Positions 54,141 through 63,609 of a stretch of DNA of 64,000 bases are shown here, piece after piece (positions within the stretch are counted from its first letter, which is position 1; each line of letters begins with the position of its first letter). The stretch lies in contig JBDTQG010000015.1 in NCBI GenBank assembly GCA_039932315.1, positions 1,148-65,147 of the forward strand, read 5' to 3'. Origin of the DNA: Thermoanaerobaculia bacterium. GTDB taxonomy: Bacteria; Acidobacteriota; Thermoanaerobaculia; Multivoradales; JAGPDF01. The position numbers and the translations under genes are program-made. The notes beneath the pieces were generated by a model. The model had not been told where the DNA came from. It searched no databases and was given only the letters and a program-made list of their open reading frames with translations.

Positions 54141-55535
54141 ATGTGCGGCATTTTCGGCATCGACAACGTGGACGACGCGGCGAATCTCGCCTATCTCGGC
54201 CTTTACGCCCTGCAGCATCGCGGTCAGGAAAGCTCCGGTATCTGTGCCTGGGACGGGGAGCGGATGCACGTCGAACGCGGCATGGGACACGTGGCGGAAA
54301 TCTTTCCCGAGAAAGTCATCGCGCGCCTGCCCGGACGACGCGCCATGGGACATACGCGGTACTCGACCGCCGGCTCCTCCGTGGTCGCGAACGCGCAGCC
54401 GATCGTGGTCAAGACTTCGATGGGGCCGGTCGGCATCGTGCACAACGGCAATCTGACGAACGCCTCGGAGATCCGGGAGCAGCTTGAAAGTGCGGGGTCG
54501 ATCTTCCAGACCACCAGCGATACCGAGGTGATTCTGCACCTCATGGCGCGTAATCCGCGTGCGGACGTCGTCGAGTCGCTGATGATCGCGCTCGAGGAGG
54601 TCGAGGGCGCCTATTCGCTGCTGCTCATCACCGACAGTTGTCTCATCGCGGCGCGAGATCCGCGCGGCTTCCGGCCGCTCGCGATCGCCCAGCTCGACGG
54701 TTTCTACTGCTTCGCTTCGGAGTCCTGCGCTTTCGATCTGCTCGGAGCGCGGAAGCTCCGCGAGCTCGAGCCGGGCGAAGTCGCCGTCGCCCGCGAGGGG
54801 CGTCTCGAGTCGTTCCGCCTGCCGACCAAGGCGGAACCGGCCCGCTGTCTCTTCGAACACGTCTATTTCGCTCGGCCCGACAGCGTCGTCTTCGGTGATT
54901 CGGTCGCCGAAATCCGCCGCCGGCTGGGCGGGCAGCTCGCACGGGAAGCTCCCGCTGCGGCCGACATCGTCGTTCCGGTGCCTGACAGCGGGCTCTACGC
55001 CGCCCTCGGATACAGCCGCGAATCGGGCTTGCCGTTCGAGCTCGGCATGACGCGCAACCACTACGTCGGTCGGACGTTCATCGAGCCGAAGCAGTCGATC
55101 CGCAATTTCGGCGTCAAGGTCAAGCTCAATCCGGTGCGCGGGATCATCGCCGGCCAGCGCGTCGTGCTGATCGACGACTCGATCGTCCGCGGCACGACGT
55201 CCCGGAAGATCGTCCACATGATGCGCGAAGCGGGGGCGGCGGAGGTTCATCTGCGGATCTCGTCGCCGCCGACTCGATGGCCCTGTTACTACGGGATCGA
55301 TACGCCCCGGCGCAGCGAGCTCATTGCGGCGCATCAGTCGATCGAGGAGATCTGCGCCTTCGTCGAGGCCGATTCTCTCGGTTACCTCTCGCTCGAAGGG
55401 CTGCTCGGTTCGATGGGCGGCGCGCGGCCGAGCTACTGCTCGGCGTGCTGGAGCGGGGACTACCGGGTGCCGATCTCGGTGCAGGACCGCCGGCAGAGTG
55501 AGCTCTTTCCGATTCGCGCCGAAGACGAGAGCTAG
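54141..55535 (+). CDS. purF: amidophosphoribosyltransferase
   Basis: ORF 53826..55535 trimmed to ATG 54141 (MCGIFGI N-terminal nucleophile Cys). GHTRYSTAG. PRTase block VVLIDDSIVRGTT. C-terminal Cys cluster CYYG...YCSACWSG (Fe-S type). Confidence 0.95.
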   Translation: MCGIFGIDNVDDAANLAYLGLYALQHRGQESSGICAWDGERMHVERGMGHVAEIFPEKVIARLPGRRAMGHTRYSTAGSSVVANAQPIVVKTSMGPVGIVHNGNLTNASEIREQLESAGSIFQTTSDTEVILHLMARNPRADVVESLMIALEEVEGAYSLLLITDSCLIAARDPRGFRPLAIAQLDGFYCFASESCAFDLLGARKLRELEPGEVAVAREGRLESFRLPTKAEPARCLFEHVYFARPDSVVFGDSVAEIRRRLGGQLAREAPAAADIVVPVPDSGLYAALGYSRESGLPFELGMTRNHYVGRTFIEPKQSIRNFGVKVKLNPVRGIIAGQRVVLIDDSIVRGTTSRKIVHMMREAGAAEVHLRISSPPTRWPCYYGIDTPRRSELIAAHQSIEEICAFVEADSLGYLSLEGLLGSMGGARPSYCSACWSGDYRVPISVQDRRQSELFPIRAEDES

Positions 55536-56440
55536 CGCGGAGACTGCGCCGCCGCCAGACGTTTCGAGAGCGGCGGTTCCGGAGAGCGCCGGTCGACTAT
55601 CGCAATCTCTCCGGACCACAGCGCAACCCGCATTCCGGCGCGGGCCATCGCGAGAAGCTGCTGCAGAACGACGACCGCGAAGAGGGCGAGTCCAGCGCCG
55701 GTGGGCAGCACGTGGCAGAGCGCGGAGTAGAGAAGCGCCAGCGCGGCGAAGGCGGCCGCGAGCCAGAACCACAGGCCGAGGACGAGGAGCGGCCGGCGCA
55801 GAAGCGCTCGCAAGGTGGCGAAGAAAACCGCGACACCCTTTCTGCGGTCGTCGCGCGCGACGCGGGTCCGGGCGAGATCGAGGGCGAGAAGCACGGTCAG
55901 GACGGCGAGGAGAGCGAGGAGCACCCCGGCGAAGTTGAGCCACTGCTTGGCGCCCTCGGCGGCGTCGTCGAGCGCGCCACTGACGGCGAATACCGGTCCG
56001 GAAAGAACTGCGGCAATGACGATCGCTGTCGCCGCCGCAACCAGCCCCATGCGGAGAAAGCGGTTGAAGTATCGCCCCGCGCCGCGTGCGAATCGATGGA
56101 GCGTCGAGACGGGATCGTTCGAGAGCAGCGTTTCCAGCGCTCCGCCGGCCGCGCCAGCGTTCCACAGCAGCGTGAGAACGATGACCAGAGTGAGGAGTGA
56201 GCCGAGCGGGATTCCCTGCGAAGCTCCGGCGCGTGCTAGGTCGCTCACCAGCGGCAGCGAAAACCGGTGAAGGAATTCATCGCCGGCAGGAGAGTGCGAG
56301 AGCGCGGAGTCGAGGTACCTGAACACCGGATAGCCCGCGATCGCCGCAATGGCAAGCTGGGCGATCCAGAGAAGAGCGATCAATCGGAGATTCTTCGCCG
56401 TCTTCCGGATCGCTGCCGTAGCCAGTTGGAAAGAGTGCAT
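55532..56440 (-). CDS. polytopic membrane protein, function unknown
   Basis: ORF 55532..56638 trimmed to ATG 56440, 6 nt after the M1 peptidase stop. About 6-7 hydrophobic segments. Its stop overlaps the purF stop in a CTAG tetranucleotide. Confidence 0.6.
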   Translation of the reverse strand: MHSFQLATAAIRKTAKNLRLIALLWIAQLAIAAIAGYPVFRYLDSALSHSPAGDEFLHRFSLPLVSDLARAGASQGIPLGSLLTLVIVLTLLWNAGAAGGALETLLSNDPVSTLHRFARGAGRYFNRFLRMGLVAAATAIVIAAVLSGPVFAVSGALDDAAEGAKQWLNFAGVLLALLAVLTVLLALDLARTRVARDDRRKGVAVFFATLRALLRRPLLVLGLWFWLAAAFAALALLYSALCHVLPTGAGLALFAVVVLQQLLAMARAGMRVALWSGEIAIVDRRSPEPPLSKRLAAAQSPR

Positions 56441-56445
56441 CGGCG

Positions 56446-58536
56446 TCACTGTCCGAGCAGGGCCATGCCCTGCTGCAGCCAGAAAAGGAACTGGGAGGTG
56501 AGCCGGCGGGCAGCGCCTGAATCGGGTTCGAGGCGCCGCGTGCTGTTGAGCCGATCGGCGTCGAGAGCGAATTTTCCGTCGGGATCGATGCGGACTTCGA
56601 GCAGTTTCTCCGGCCGGTCGAAGACCCAGCGGGCCCAACGCTTTCCGTCATCCCAGACCCGCCGCTCGGGCGGTTTGCCGGCGAAGGTGAGCTCCACTTC
56701 GACCGGCAGGATCACCTCGCCGCGCTGACGCAGCTGCACGACGCTGTGGAAGGCCCGCGTCCCGGCTGCGGTCGCTGCGCTCTCGCGCCGGCTGGCGGTT
56801 TCCTCGTCGACGAGGACATCCTTGCCATCGTGCGAAATCTCTCCGCGCGGTTCCGTCGCCGGTTCGCTCGACAGGTCGACGACGGCGGGATCGAAGATTC
56901 CGGGCCCGCCGACGGTCTGCGCGAAGAAATCCTTCAGGTCTTCGCCCGAAACCTCCTCCGCGACGGCGAAGAAGTCAGCGCCGCGCGGATGAGCGAAGCG
57001 CCAGCGCTCGTGGTAGGTCCGCATCACGCGCGCCATGGTCTCCGTCCCCAGCATTCCTTCGAGCGTTTCGAGGACCAGAGCCGGCCGCGAGTAGGCGTTG
57101 AAAGGATACTGAGCCCGCGAGAAGTTCCAGGAGAACGTGTCGATCTTGTCGTACCGGCGATTGTTGCCATTTTCCATCCGGTCGGCCTCGACGTTGCCGA
57201 GATGCAGGCCGAGGAAAGAGAAGAGCGATGCCTCTTTCCCGTAGCCCAGATCCATGGCCTTGGCCGTCGAGTAGGTGTTGAAACCCTCGTCCAGCCAGGC
57301 CTCCTCGAACTCGTTGTTGCCGACGAGGGCGTACCAGAACTGATGTCCGAATTCGTGAACGGTGACGATTTCGGCCTCGTTGATTCCGGCGGTAGGCCAG
57401 TAGTTGAAGAGGTAGCTCGTGCCGCAGAAGATGAGCGTCGGATACTCGACACCCGACGCGCCCCCGGCGCCGGGAGCGGGATCGATGAGAGTCAGAGTCG
57501 GATATGGATAGGCGCCGTACCAGAGGCCGAACGACTTGAGCGCGAGCTTCGCCGCAGCGAGATAGCGCGCCGCCTGCGGTTCGTGCCCGGGCTGCAGCAG
57601 CAGGCGGATGTCGACGTCGCGCAGCCGGACTTCGTCGAGAGTGCGGTCGAGGAGCTTCGCCGTCGCCGCATACTCCCCGGGCGTAACGTCGGTCGTGGCG
57701 GAAAACGACGCGTGCATCTCGATGAAGCGCGGGTCGGCCGACCAGCCGAAATCGTGCACGTCGCCCTGCTCGTAGACGTGGGTGGTCGTGCCGTCACCGT
57801 TCTTCTTCCGGGACAGTTCGCTGCCGGTGGCGCCGACGGTGAAACCGTCCGGAACCGTCATCTCCACGCGGAAGTGCCCGTAGTCGGCGTAGAACTCGGA
57901 GTTGGCGTGGTACTGATGACAGTTCCAGCCGCTCTCGCTGCGACCGCGCATTCCCGCCGGCTCGAAGACACCGATCTTCGGGAACCATTGCGTGATGGCG
58001 AAGAAGTTGTCCTTGTAGCCGGCGCGCGCGAAGACTTTCGGGATCTTGCTGTGAAATTCGATGTCGAGAGCGATCTCGCCGCCGGGCGGGACGGCTCTCG
58101 GAAGCGGCACGCGGACGACGGTCCGGTCGTTGACGTTGTCGTCATCGGGATGAACGAACGTCATTCCGGGAAGCAGGTCTTCTCCGGTCGCGAGCTTCAT
58201 CGCGGTGACGTCCATCGAGCCCCAGCCATCGGGTTCCGCTTCGTCCCCTCGCAGACGGCCGCCGGATTCGACATGGAAGGTGCTGAGATTGTTCCGGAAG
58301 GCGTTCCAATAGAGATGGAGCCAGATCTCGGAGACCTGATCCTGCGGATTCGTGGACGGATTTCTCCACACCACGTGCTCCCGCCCGCTGAGCTCCTTCT
58401 TTTCTCCGTCGAGCCGCACCGAGATGTCGTAGTCGACGACTTTCGCCGCGTGTTCAGGGAGGCGCGCAGCGTGAGCCGCAGATCCAACGAGAAGCGTCGC
58501 CAGAGCGACGCCAGTCACACGTGAAATGGCGGGCAT
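56446..58536 (-). CDS. exported M1-family (gluzincin) metallopeptidase
   Basis: 696-aa ORF. Signal peptide: VALATLLVGSAAHA. Zinc motif: VHEFGHQFWYALVGNNEFEEAWLDEGFNTY (HExxH-x18-E). GVEYPTL sits in the position of the GxMEN exopeptidase block. Confidence 0.88.
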   Translation of the reverse strand: MPAISRVTGVALATLLVGSAAHAARLPEHAAKVVDYDISVRLDGEKKELSGREHVVWRNPSTNPQDQVSEIWLHLYWNAFRNNLSTFHVESGGRLRGDEAEPDGWGSMDVTAMKLATGEDLLPGMTFVHPDDDNVNDRTVVRVPLPRAVPPGGEIALDIEFHSKIPKVFARAGYKDNFFAITQWFPKIGVFEPAGMRGRSESGWNCHQYHANSEFYADYGHFRVEMTVPDGFTVGATGSELSRKKNGDGTTTHVYEQGDVHDFGWSADPRFIEMHASFSATTDVTPGEYAATAKLLDRTLDEVRLRDVDIRLLLQPGHEPQAARYLAAAKLALKSFGLWYGAYPYPTLTLIDPAPGAGGASGVEYPTLIFCGTSYLFNYWPTAGINEAEIVTVHEFGHQFWYALVGNNEFEEAWLDEGFNTYSTAKAMDLGYGKEASLFSFLGLHLGNVEADRMENGNNRRYDKIDTFSWNFSRAQYPFNAYSRPALVLETLEGMLGTETMARVMRTYHERWRFAHPRGADFFAVAEEVSGEDLKDFFAQTVGGPGIFDPAVVDLSSEPATEPRGEISHDGKDVLVDEETASRRESAATAAGTRAFHSVVQLRQRGEVILPVEVELTFAGKPPERRVWDDGKRWARWVFDRPEKLLEVRIDPDGKFALDADRLNSTRRLEPDSGAARRLTSQFLFWLQQGMALLGQ

Positions 58537-58627
58537 GGGGGACCAGAGTCTTTGGCGCGCCGCCGCCTTCTGTCAAGGCAGAGGTGGGGTCCGCGACATG
58601 CCGGGCGCGGTAGACTTGGCGCCCGCC

Positions 58628-59707
58628 ATGAAAGAGAAATCGCGCAGTGCCTACTCCGTCGCCGGTGTCGACATCGAAGCTCAGAATCGCGGTCTCAGCG
58701 AGGTCAAGAAACTCGCCCAGGCGACTTTCACACCGGGTGTGCTGTCCCAGATCGGGACCTTCGGAGCGCTCTTCCGGCCCGAGCTCTCTGGCCTCGTCGA
58801 GCCAGTGCTGGTCGCTTCGGCCGACGGCGTCGGGACCAAGCTCGCCGTGGCGAAGATGGCGGGAGACTTCTCGACAGTGGGACGCGATCTGGTGAACCAC
58901 TGTGTCAACGACATTCTGGTGCAGGGCGCACTGCCGCTGTTCTTCCTCGACTACGTCGGCGCAGGCGTGCTCGATCCCGCGAAGCTGGTCGAGCTGGTGA
59001 AGGGAGTATCCGACGGGTGCCGGGAGAATGGCTGCGCTCTCATCGGAGGCGAAACCGCGGAGATGCCGGGGTTCTATCAGGCCGGTGACTACGAGCTCGT
59101 CGGCTTCATCGTCGGGATCGCCGATCGCGCGCGCATCCTCGACGGTTCGCGTGTCGTCGAGGGCGACTTCCTCCTCGGTCTGCCCTCCGCAGGACTGCAC
59201 ACCAACGGCTACTCCCTGGCGCGACGTATTCTCTTCGATGAGCTCGGTCTCGGTCTCAAGGACAGGATCCCCGGCATCGGGGAGAAGATTCGCGTCGGCG
59301 ACTGGCTGCTCGCGCCGCATCTCTCCTACCTCAAACCGGTTTCGCCGCTGCTCGGGCACCCCGGCCTGCACGCCCTCGCCCACATCACCGGCGGCGGCCT
59401 GACGGACAACGTTCCGCGCGTGCTCCCGGCGGGTCTCACCGCCGAGATCCGGATCGGGACGTGGGAAGTGCCCGAGCCGTTCGGAGTTCTGCAGGAGAAA
59501 GGCGAGGTCGAGCTCGAGGAGATGCTGCGCGTCTTCAACATGGGCATCGGCATGGTCATGGTCGTCGCGGCGGATGCGCTGGCCGACATCTCGCGGCGTC
59601 TTTCCGAAGCGGGACAGCCGGTGCGGACGATCGGGCGGGTCGTCGCGGGCGAGCACGGCGTCGTCTACAACCTCGGCCTCCTGCCGGAAGAGGCTGCGGC
59701 GCCCTGA
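58628..59707 (+). CDS. purM: phosphoribosylformylglycinamidine cyclo-ligase (AIR synthetase)
   Basis: ORF 58526..59707 trimmed to ATG 58628. YSVAGVDIEA, ASADGVGTKL, DLVNHCVNDILVQGA. Confidence 0.93.
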   Translation: MKEKSRSAYSVAGVDIEAQNRGLSEVKKLAQATFTPGVLSQIGTFGALFRPELSGLVEPVLVASADGVGTKLAVAKMAGDFSTVGRDLVNHCVNDILVQGALPLFFLDYVGAGVLDPAKLVELVKGVSDGCRENGCALIGGETAEMPGFYQAGDYELVGFIVGIADRARILDGSRVVEGDFLLGLPSAGLHTNGYSLARRILFDELGLGLKDRIPGIGEKIRVGDWLLAPHLSYLKPVSPLLGHPGLHALAHITGGGLTDNVPRVLPAGLTAEIRIGTWEVPEPFGVLQEKGEVELEEMLRVFNMGIGMVMVVAADALADISRRLSEAGQPVRTIGRVVAGEHGVVYNLGLLPEEAAAP

Positions 59708-60297
59708 GCGGCCTCACGCGGCTCGGCGTCCTGTTGTCGGGGCGCGGCAGCAACATGGTCGCGCTGGCGGATGCTCTGGCGCGCGGAGAAGCGCCGGCGG
59801 AGATCGCGCTGGTGCTGAGCAACGTCGCGGGTGCGCCGGGAATCGATCGCGCCCGGGAGCGCGGGCTGTCGAACCGCACGATTCCACACGCCGATTTTCC
59901 GTCGCGCGCTGCACACGAGGCCGAGATGGAGTCGGCGCTCTCCGCCGCGGGGGTCGAATGGATCTGTCTGGCGGGATTCATGCGCCGCCTCTCGGCGGAC
60001 TTCGTCGCGGCTTTTCCGGGACGGATTCTCAACATCCACCCCAGTCTCCTGCCCGCTTTTCCCGGGCTGCATCCTCAACGGCAGGCGCTTGCGGCCGGAG
60101 TGGCATTTTCCGGCTGCACCGTGCACATCGTCGATGCCGGACTCGACAGCGGACCGATCGTTCTCCAGCGGACGGTTCCCGTCCTCGCCGGCGACGACGA
60201 AGAGACGCTCGCCCGGCGGATCCTGGTGGAGGAACATCTGGCCTATCCCCAGGCACTGCGCCGGGTTCTCGCCGGGGAGCCGCCCGGAGCCAGCTGA
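59704..60297 (+). CDS. purN: phosphoribosylglycinamide formyltransferase
   Basis: Last 197 codons of ORF 59461..60297. LGVLLSGRGSNMVAL, ICLAGFMRRL, ILNIHPSLLPAFPGLH, SGCTVHIVDAGLDSGPIV. The only canonical in-frame start (GTG 59461) lies 243 nt inside purM. A CTG at 59704 overlapping the purM stop (CTGA) gives the expected N-terminus. Start codon uncertain. Confidence 0.85.
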   Translation: MSGLTRLGVLLSGRGSNMVALADALARGEAPAEIALVLSNVAGAPGIDRARERGLSNRTIPHADFPSRAAHEAEMESALSAAGVEWICLAGFMRRLSADFVAAFPGRILNIHPSLLPAFPGLHPQRQALAAGVAFSGCTVHIVDAGLDSGPIVLQRTVPVLAGDDEETLARRILVEEHLAYPQALRRVLAGEPPGAS

Positions 60298-60377
60298 AGC
60301 GGCGGAATTCCCGCTGCACGGGGATTGGAACTTCTACCGCCCCGTCGCGTAGGAGCAGAACGAGGAGGAGCTCACCC

Positions 60378-61652
60378 GTGGCCGAAATGGAAGCGGAGCC
60401 GTTCACCGAGACTCCCCACAGGAAGAGAGTCTTTTTCATGCGCAATCGCAAGAAGATCATCGCCACCGTCGTCGTCCTGGCGGTCGGCGGCTTCATTGTC
60501 GCCAAGGCCTCCACGAACTCCAAACCGAAGGAAGAAGATCCGCCTTTTCGTCTGGGGAAAGTTCAGACGGAAGACCTCCAGATCTCGGTCCGGGAGGTCG
60601 GTGTGGTCGATCCGGAAGTGAAAGTGGACGTGAAGTCGTCCGTCTCCGGCCGCGTCGTCGGGCTCAAGGTGCGGGAAGGCGACCTGGTGAAGAGCGGCGA
60701 TGTTCTCGCGGAAGTCGAGCCGGACGTGAACCAGGCGCAGTCCCTGTCCGATGTGAGCTCGGCGGTCACGACGGCGGAGCTCCTGCTGCGCTCCGCAGAC
60801 AAGGATTTCGCCGCGCAGAAAGCGCTCTTCGACAGCGGTCTGATCGGCAGCGAGACGCTGCGCAGCTTCCAGTCGGCACGCGACATCGCGGCAGACACCG
60901 TCGCGGCAGCGAAGACGCGCTACCAGATCGTCGAGCAGCACGGTATTCCGATCTCGGGCGGGGCAAAGAGTCAGGCGGCGCGGGTGACCTCGCCGATGGG
61001 TGGCGTCGTGATCGCCAAGGGCGTCGAGCTCGGAGAGACGGTCACCTCCGGCGTTTCCTCCTTCAACGCCGGAACGGTTCTGTACACGGTCGCCGACCTC
61101 GCGAGCCTGATCATCCGGGTGAATCTGAATGAGGTCGACATCGCCAAGGTTCACGTCGGCCAGCCCGTGCGCGTGACGCTCGATGCCTATCCGCAGAAAA
61201 CTTTCGCCGGCAAGGTGCGCTTCGTCGCACCCGCCGCGAAAGTGGTCGAGAAGATCAAGGTGTTCGAGATCGAAGTCGCGCTCGACCAGCTCGATGAGGC
61301 GTTTCGCACCGGCATGAGCGCGAACGTCGAGATTCTCGGCACCCGCCGCGACGACACGCTGTCGATTCCGCTCGAGGCCCTCCAGCGCAGCGAGGGCGAC
61401 ACGGTCGTCTATCGGCTGAAAAGCAGTCTGACTCCGAAGGAGATCGGCAAGGCTCGAAACGCACTCGACGGTCGCAGTAAGTTCGTCTGGTTGTCGGAGA
61501 ACTGGCAGGACTACTTCGAGCGCGTCAAGGTCGAAGCCGGCATCGCGACGCTCGAGCGCGTGGAGATCGTCGCCGGGATCGCTTCCGGAGATCAGGTCGC
61601 GCTCGAGGACGTGACGCGCAAGAAGGTCGAAAAAGACGACGAGGACAACTGA
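60378..61652 (+). CDS. HlyD/MacA-family periplasmic adaptor (membrane fusion protein)
   Basis: ORF 59574..61652 trimmed to GTG 60378 (GAGGAGGAG 8 nt upstream); ATG 60438 (MRNRKKIIATVVVLAV) is an alternative. Lipoyl-like block SGRVVGLKVREGDLVKSGDVLAEVEP, then a coiled coil and a beta-barrel. Confidence 0.85.
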   Translation: MAEMEAEPFTETPHRKRVFFMRNRKKIIATVVVLAVGGFIVAKASTNSKPKEEDPPFRLGKVQTEDLQISVREVGVVDPEVKVDVKSSVSGRVVGLKVREGDLVKSGDVLAEVEPDVNQAQSLSDVSSAVTTAELLLRSADKDFAAQKALFDSGLIGSETLRSFQSARDIAADTVAAAKTRYQIVEQHGIPISGGAKSQAARVTSPMGGVVIAKGVELGETVTSGVSSFNAGTVLYTVADLASLIIRVNLNEVDIAKVHVGQPVRVTLDAYPQKTFAGKVRFVAPAAKVVEKIKVFEIEVALDQLDEAFRTGMSANVEILGTRRDDTLSIPLEALQRSEGDTVVYRLKSSLTPKEIGKARNALDGRSKFVWLSENWQDYFERVKVEAGIATLERVEIVAGIASGDQVALEDVTRKKVEKDDEDN

Positions 61653-61654
61653 CC

Positions 61655-62359
61655 TTGAGCGCGCCGGCAATCATCGAAACCCGGGGTCTGATCAAGACAT
61701 TCGGCGGGAGCGGAAACGAGGGAAGCGCGGTCCAGGCTCTGCGCGGCATCGATCTCACCGTGCGTCGTGGCGAGTTCGTCGCGCTCATCGGACCTTCGGG
61801 TTCCGGCAAGAGCACGCTGATGGCCATTCTCGGCTGCCTCGACACGCCGACGGCGGGGAGCTACGCGCTCGACGGAAGGCAGGTCGAGAAGCTCGCCGGA
61901 GCCGAGCTCGCGGCCATCCGCAACGAAAAGGTTGGATTCATCTTCCAGCAGTACAACCTGCTGCCCAAAGCGACGATCGTGCGCAACATCGAGCTGCCGA
62001 TGCTCTACGCCGGGGTGCCGCGTCGCGAGCGTCGCGAACGGGCGCTTTCGCTCCTCGCGCAGGTCGGAATTCCCGAGAAGGCGCACGCCCTCCCAGGGAC
62101 GCTTTCCGGGGGGCAGCGGCAACGCGTCGCGATCGCGCGTGCGCTGGCGAACCGGCCGGCATTGCTGCTCGCCGACGAGCCGACCGGCGCACTGGATTCG
62201 AAGTCCGGCCGGGAGGTTCTCGCCCTGTTTCAGGAGCTCCATACCCAGGGGCATACGGTGCTCCTGGTGACGCACGATCCGGCGATCGCGGCGCTCGCCG
62301 AGCGTCGCGTCGAGCTTCGCGACGGCCTGGTGCACGTCGATCCGGCGATCGCGGCGTGA
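61655..62359 (+). CDS. ABC transporter ATP-binding protein (MacB-type)
   Basis: 234-aa ORF (TTG start). [32 protein letters not shown]. Confidence 0.93.
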   Translation: MSAPAIIETRGLIKTFGGSGNEGSAVQALRGIDLTVRRGEFVALIGPSGSGKSTLMAILGCLDTPTAGSYALDGRQVEKLAGAELAAIRNEKVGFIFQQYNLLPKATIVRNIELPMLYAGVPRRERRERALSLLAQVGIPEKAHALPGTLSGGQRQRVAIARALANRPALLLADEPTGALDSKSGREVLALFQELHTQGHTVLLVTHDPAIAALAERRVELRDGLVHVDPAIAA

Positions 62360-63609
62360 AGGGCAGCGGTGCATTCCGCGAGCGCCTCCAGGAGGCGTGG
62401 ATCGAGCTCACCGAGAATCCAGGGCGCTCGTTTCTGCAGGCCCTGGGCGTCATGCTGGGGGTCGCTTCCGTGCTCGGAGGATTCTCGCTTTCGGACAGCC
62501 AGCGACGGCAGGCGGAGCACATCTTCGCGCGCACGGGGGGGATCGACAAACTCAACGTCTTTCCGACCGACACGATCGCCGACGGCACTCCGAGCGCGCT
62601 CGCGAACGCGAATCTCGGACTGCGCCTCGACGACGCGATCGAAGGCGGCGGAGTTCCCTCGGCGAAGGCCGTCAACGCTGTCGCGGTTCAGCGCCGGGCT
62701 CGGGCGCGGGTGCGTTCGGAATACGGCGATCAGGAGCGCGATGTGATCGGCATCGGTGCCGACTACGTTGCGATGAACGGCTACTCGATCGATCAGGGGA
62801 GGGTATTTTCGACCAGCGATCTCGAGAACGGCTCGCCCGTCGCGATCCTCGGTTCGCAGGCCGCCAGCGTCTTTTTTCCCACCGGCGACGTCGTGGGACA
62901 GACGATCACGATCGGCGCGGTTCCGGTCCGTGTGATCGGTGTGTTCCACGAGCTGGTTTTTCGTTTTCGTGAAGGGCAGAACAACATGTTCGCCTGGCGC
63001 AACCGGCAGATCTGGGTGCCTTCGAGTCTCGTCGCCGGGCGGATGAGCGGCGATCAGTATCACCGTCTCGACCGGATCACCTTCCGCGTCCCTGATCTCC
63101 ATCAGATGGCCGATTTCTCGCGCGAGCTGAGCGCGCTGGTGACGTCGAATCACCGTCTGCAAAGGGACTTTCGTCTCGACGACGTCGGCAAGCGGCTTCG
63201 CCGGCAACTCTCCCAGGGCGACATCTACAACATCATCTTCATGCTCTCCGGCGTGCTGGCGTTGATCGGCGGCGGCATGGTCAACGTGAATATCCAGCTC
63301 GCTTCGCTCAAGGAGAGAGTCCGCGAAGTCGGCGTCAAGATGGCGATCGGCGCCACCGGCAGCGAGATCTTCAAGGCCTTCATGACCGAGGCGCTGCTGC
63401 TCACCGTGATGGGAAGCGCTGCGGGTTACGTGGTGGGCATCGCGTTCTCCTGGACCATAACCCGGGCGATCGGAATCCCTCTGTCGCTTGCGCCGATGAG
63501 CTTCCTCTTGGCCACCGCGATGGCGGTCGTTTTCGGCTTTCTGTTCGCGCTCTATCCGGCGTTCAAGGCCAGCCGGCAGTCGCCGATGGAGGCGCTGCGT
63601 TATGAGTGA
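62356..63609 (+). CDS. ABC transporter permease, MacB/FtsX family
   Basis: 417-aa ORF. GTG 62356 overlaps the upstream stop (GTGA). N-terminal TM, periplasmic domain, and an FtsX bundle (REVGVKMAIGATGSEI). Confidence 0.85.
   Translation: MKGSGAFRERLQEAWIELTENPGRSFLQALGVMLGVASVLGGFSLSDSQRRQAEHIFARTGGIDKLNVFPTDTIADGTPSALANANLGLRLDDAIEGGGVPSAKAVNAVAVQRRARARVRSEYGDQERDVIGIGADYVAMNGYSIDQGRVFSTSDLENGSPVAILGSQAASVFFPTGDVVGQTITIGAVPVRVIGVFHELVFRFREGQNNMFAWRNRQIWVPSSLVAGRMSGDQYHRLDRITFRVPDLHQMADFSRELSALVTSNHRLQRDFRLDDVGKRLRRQLSQGDIYNIIFMLSGVLALIGGGMVNVNIQLASLKERVREVGVKMAIGATGSEIFKAFMTEALLLTVMGSAAGYVVGIAFSWTITRAIGIPLSLAPMSFLLATAMAVVFGFLFALYPAFKASRQSPMEALRYE

Noticed and set aside
52576-58524. Cluster of long alternative ORFs: 52576..54066 -, 54105..56165 -, 56746..58524 +
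   Set aside because: Each is antisense to a strongly supported gene (purL, purF, M1 peptidase) and has shadow-ORF composition.
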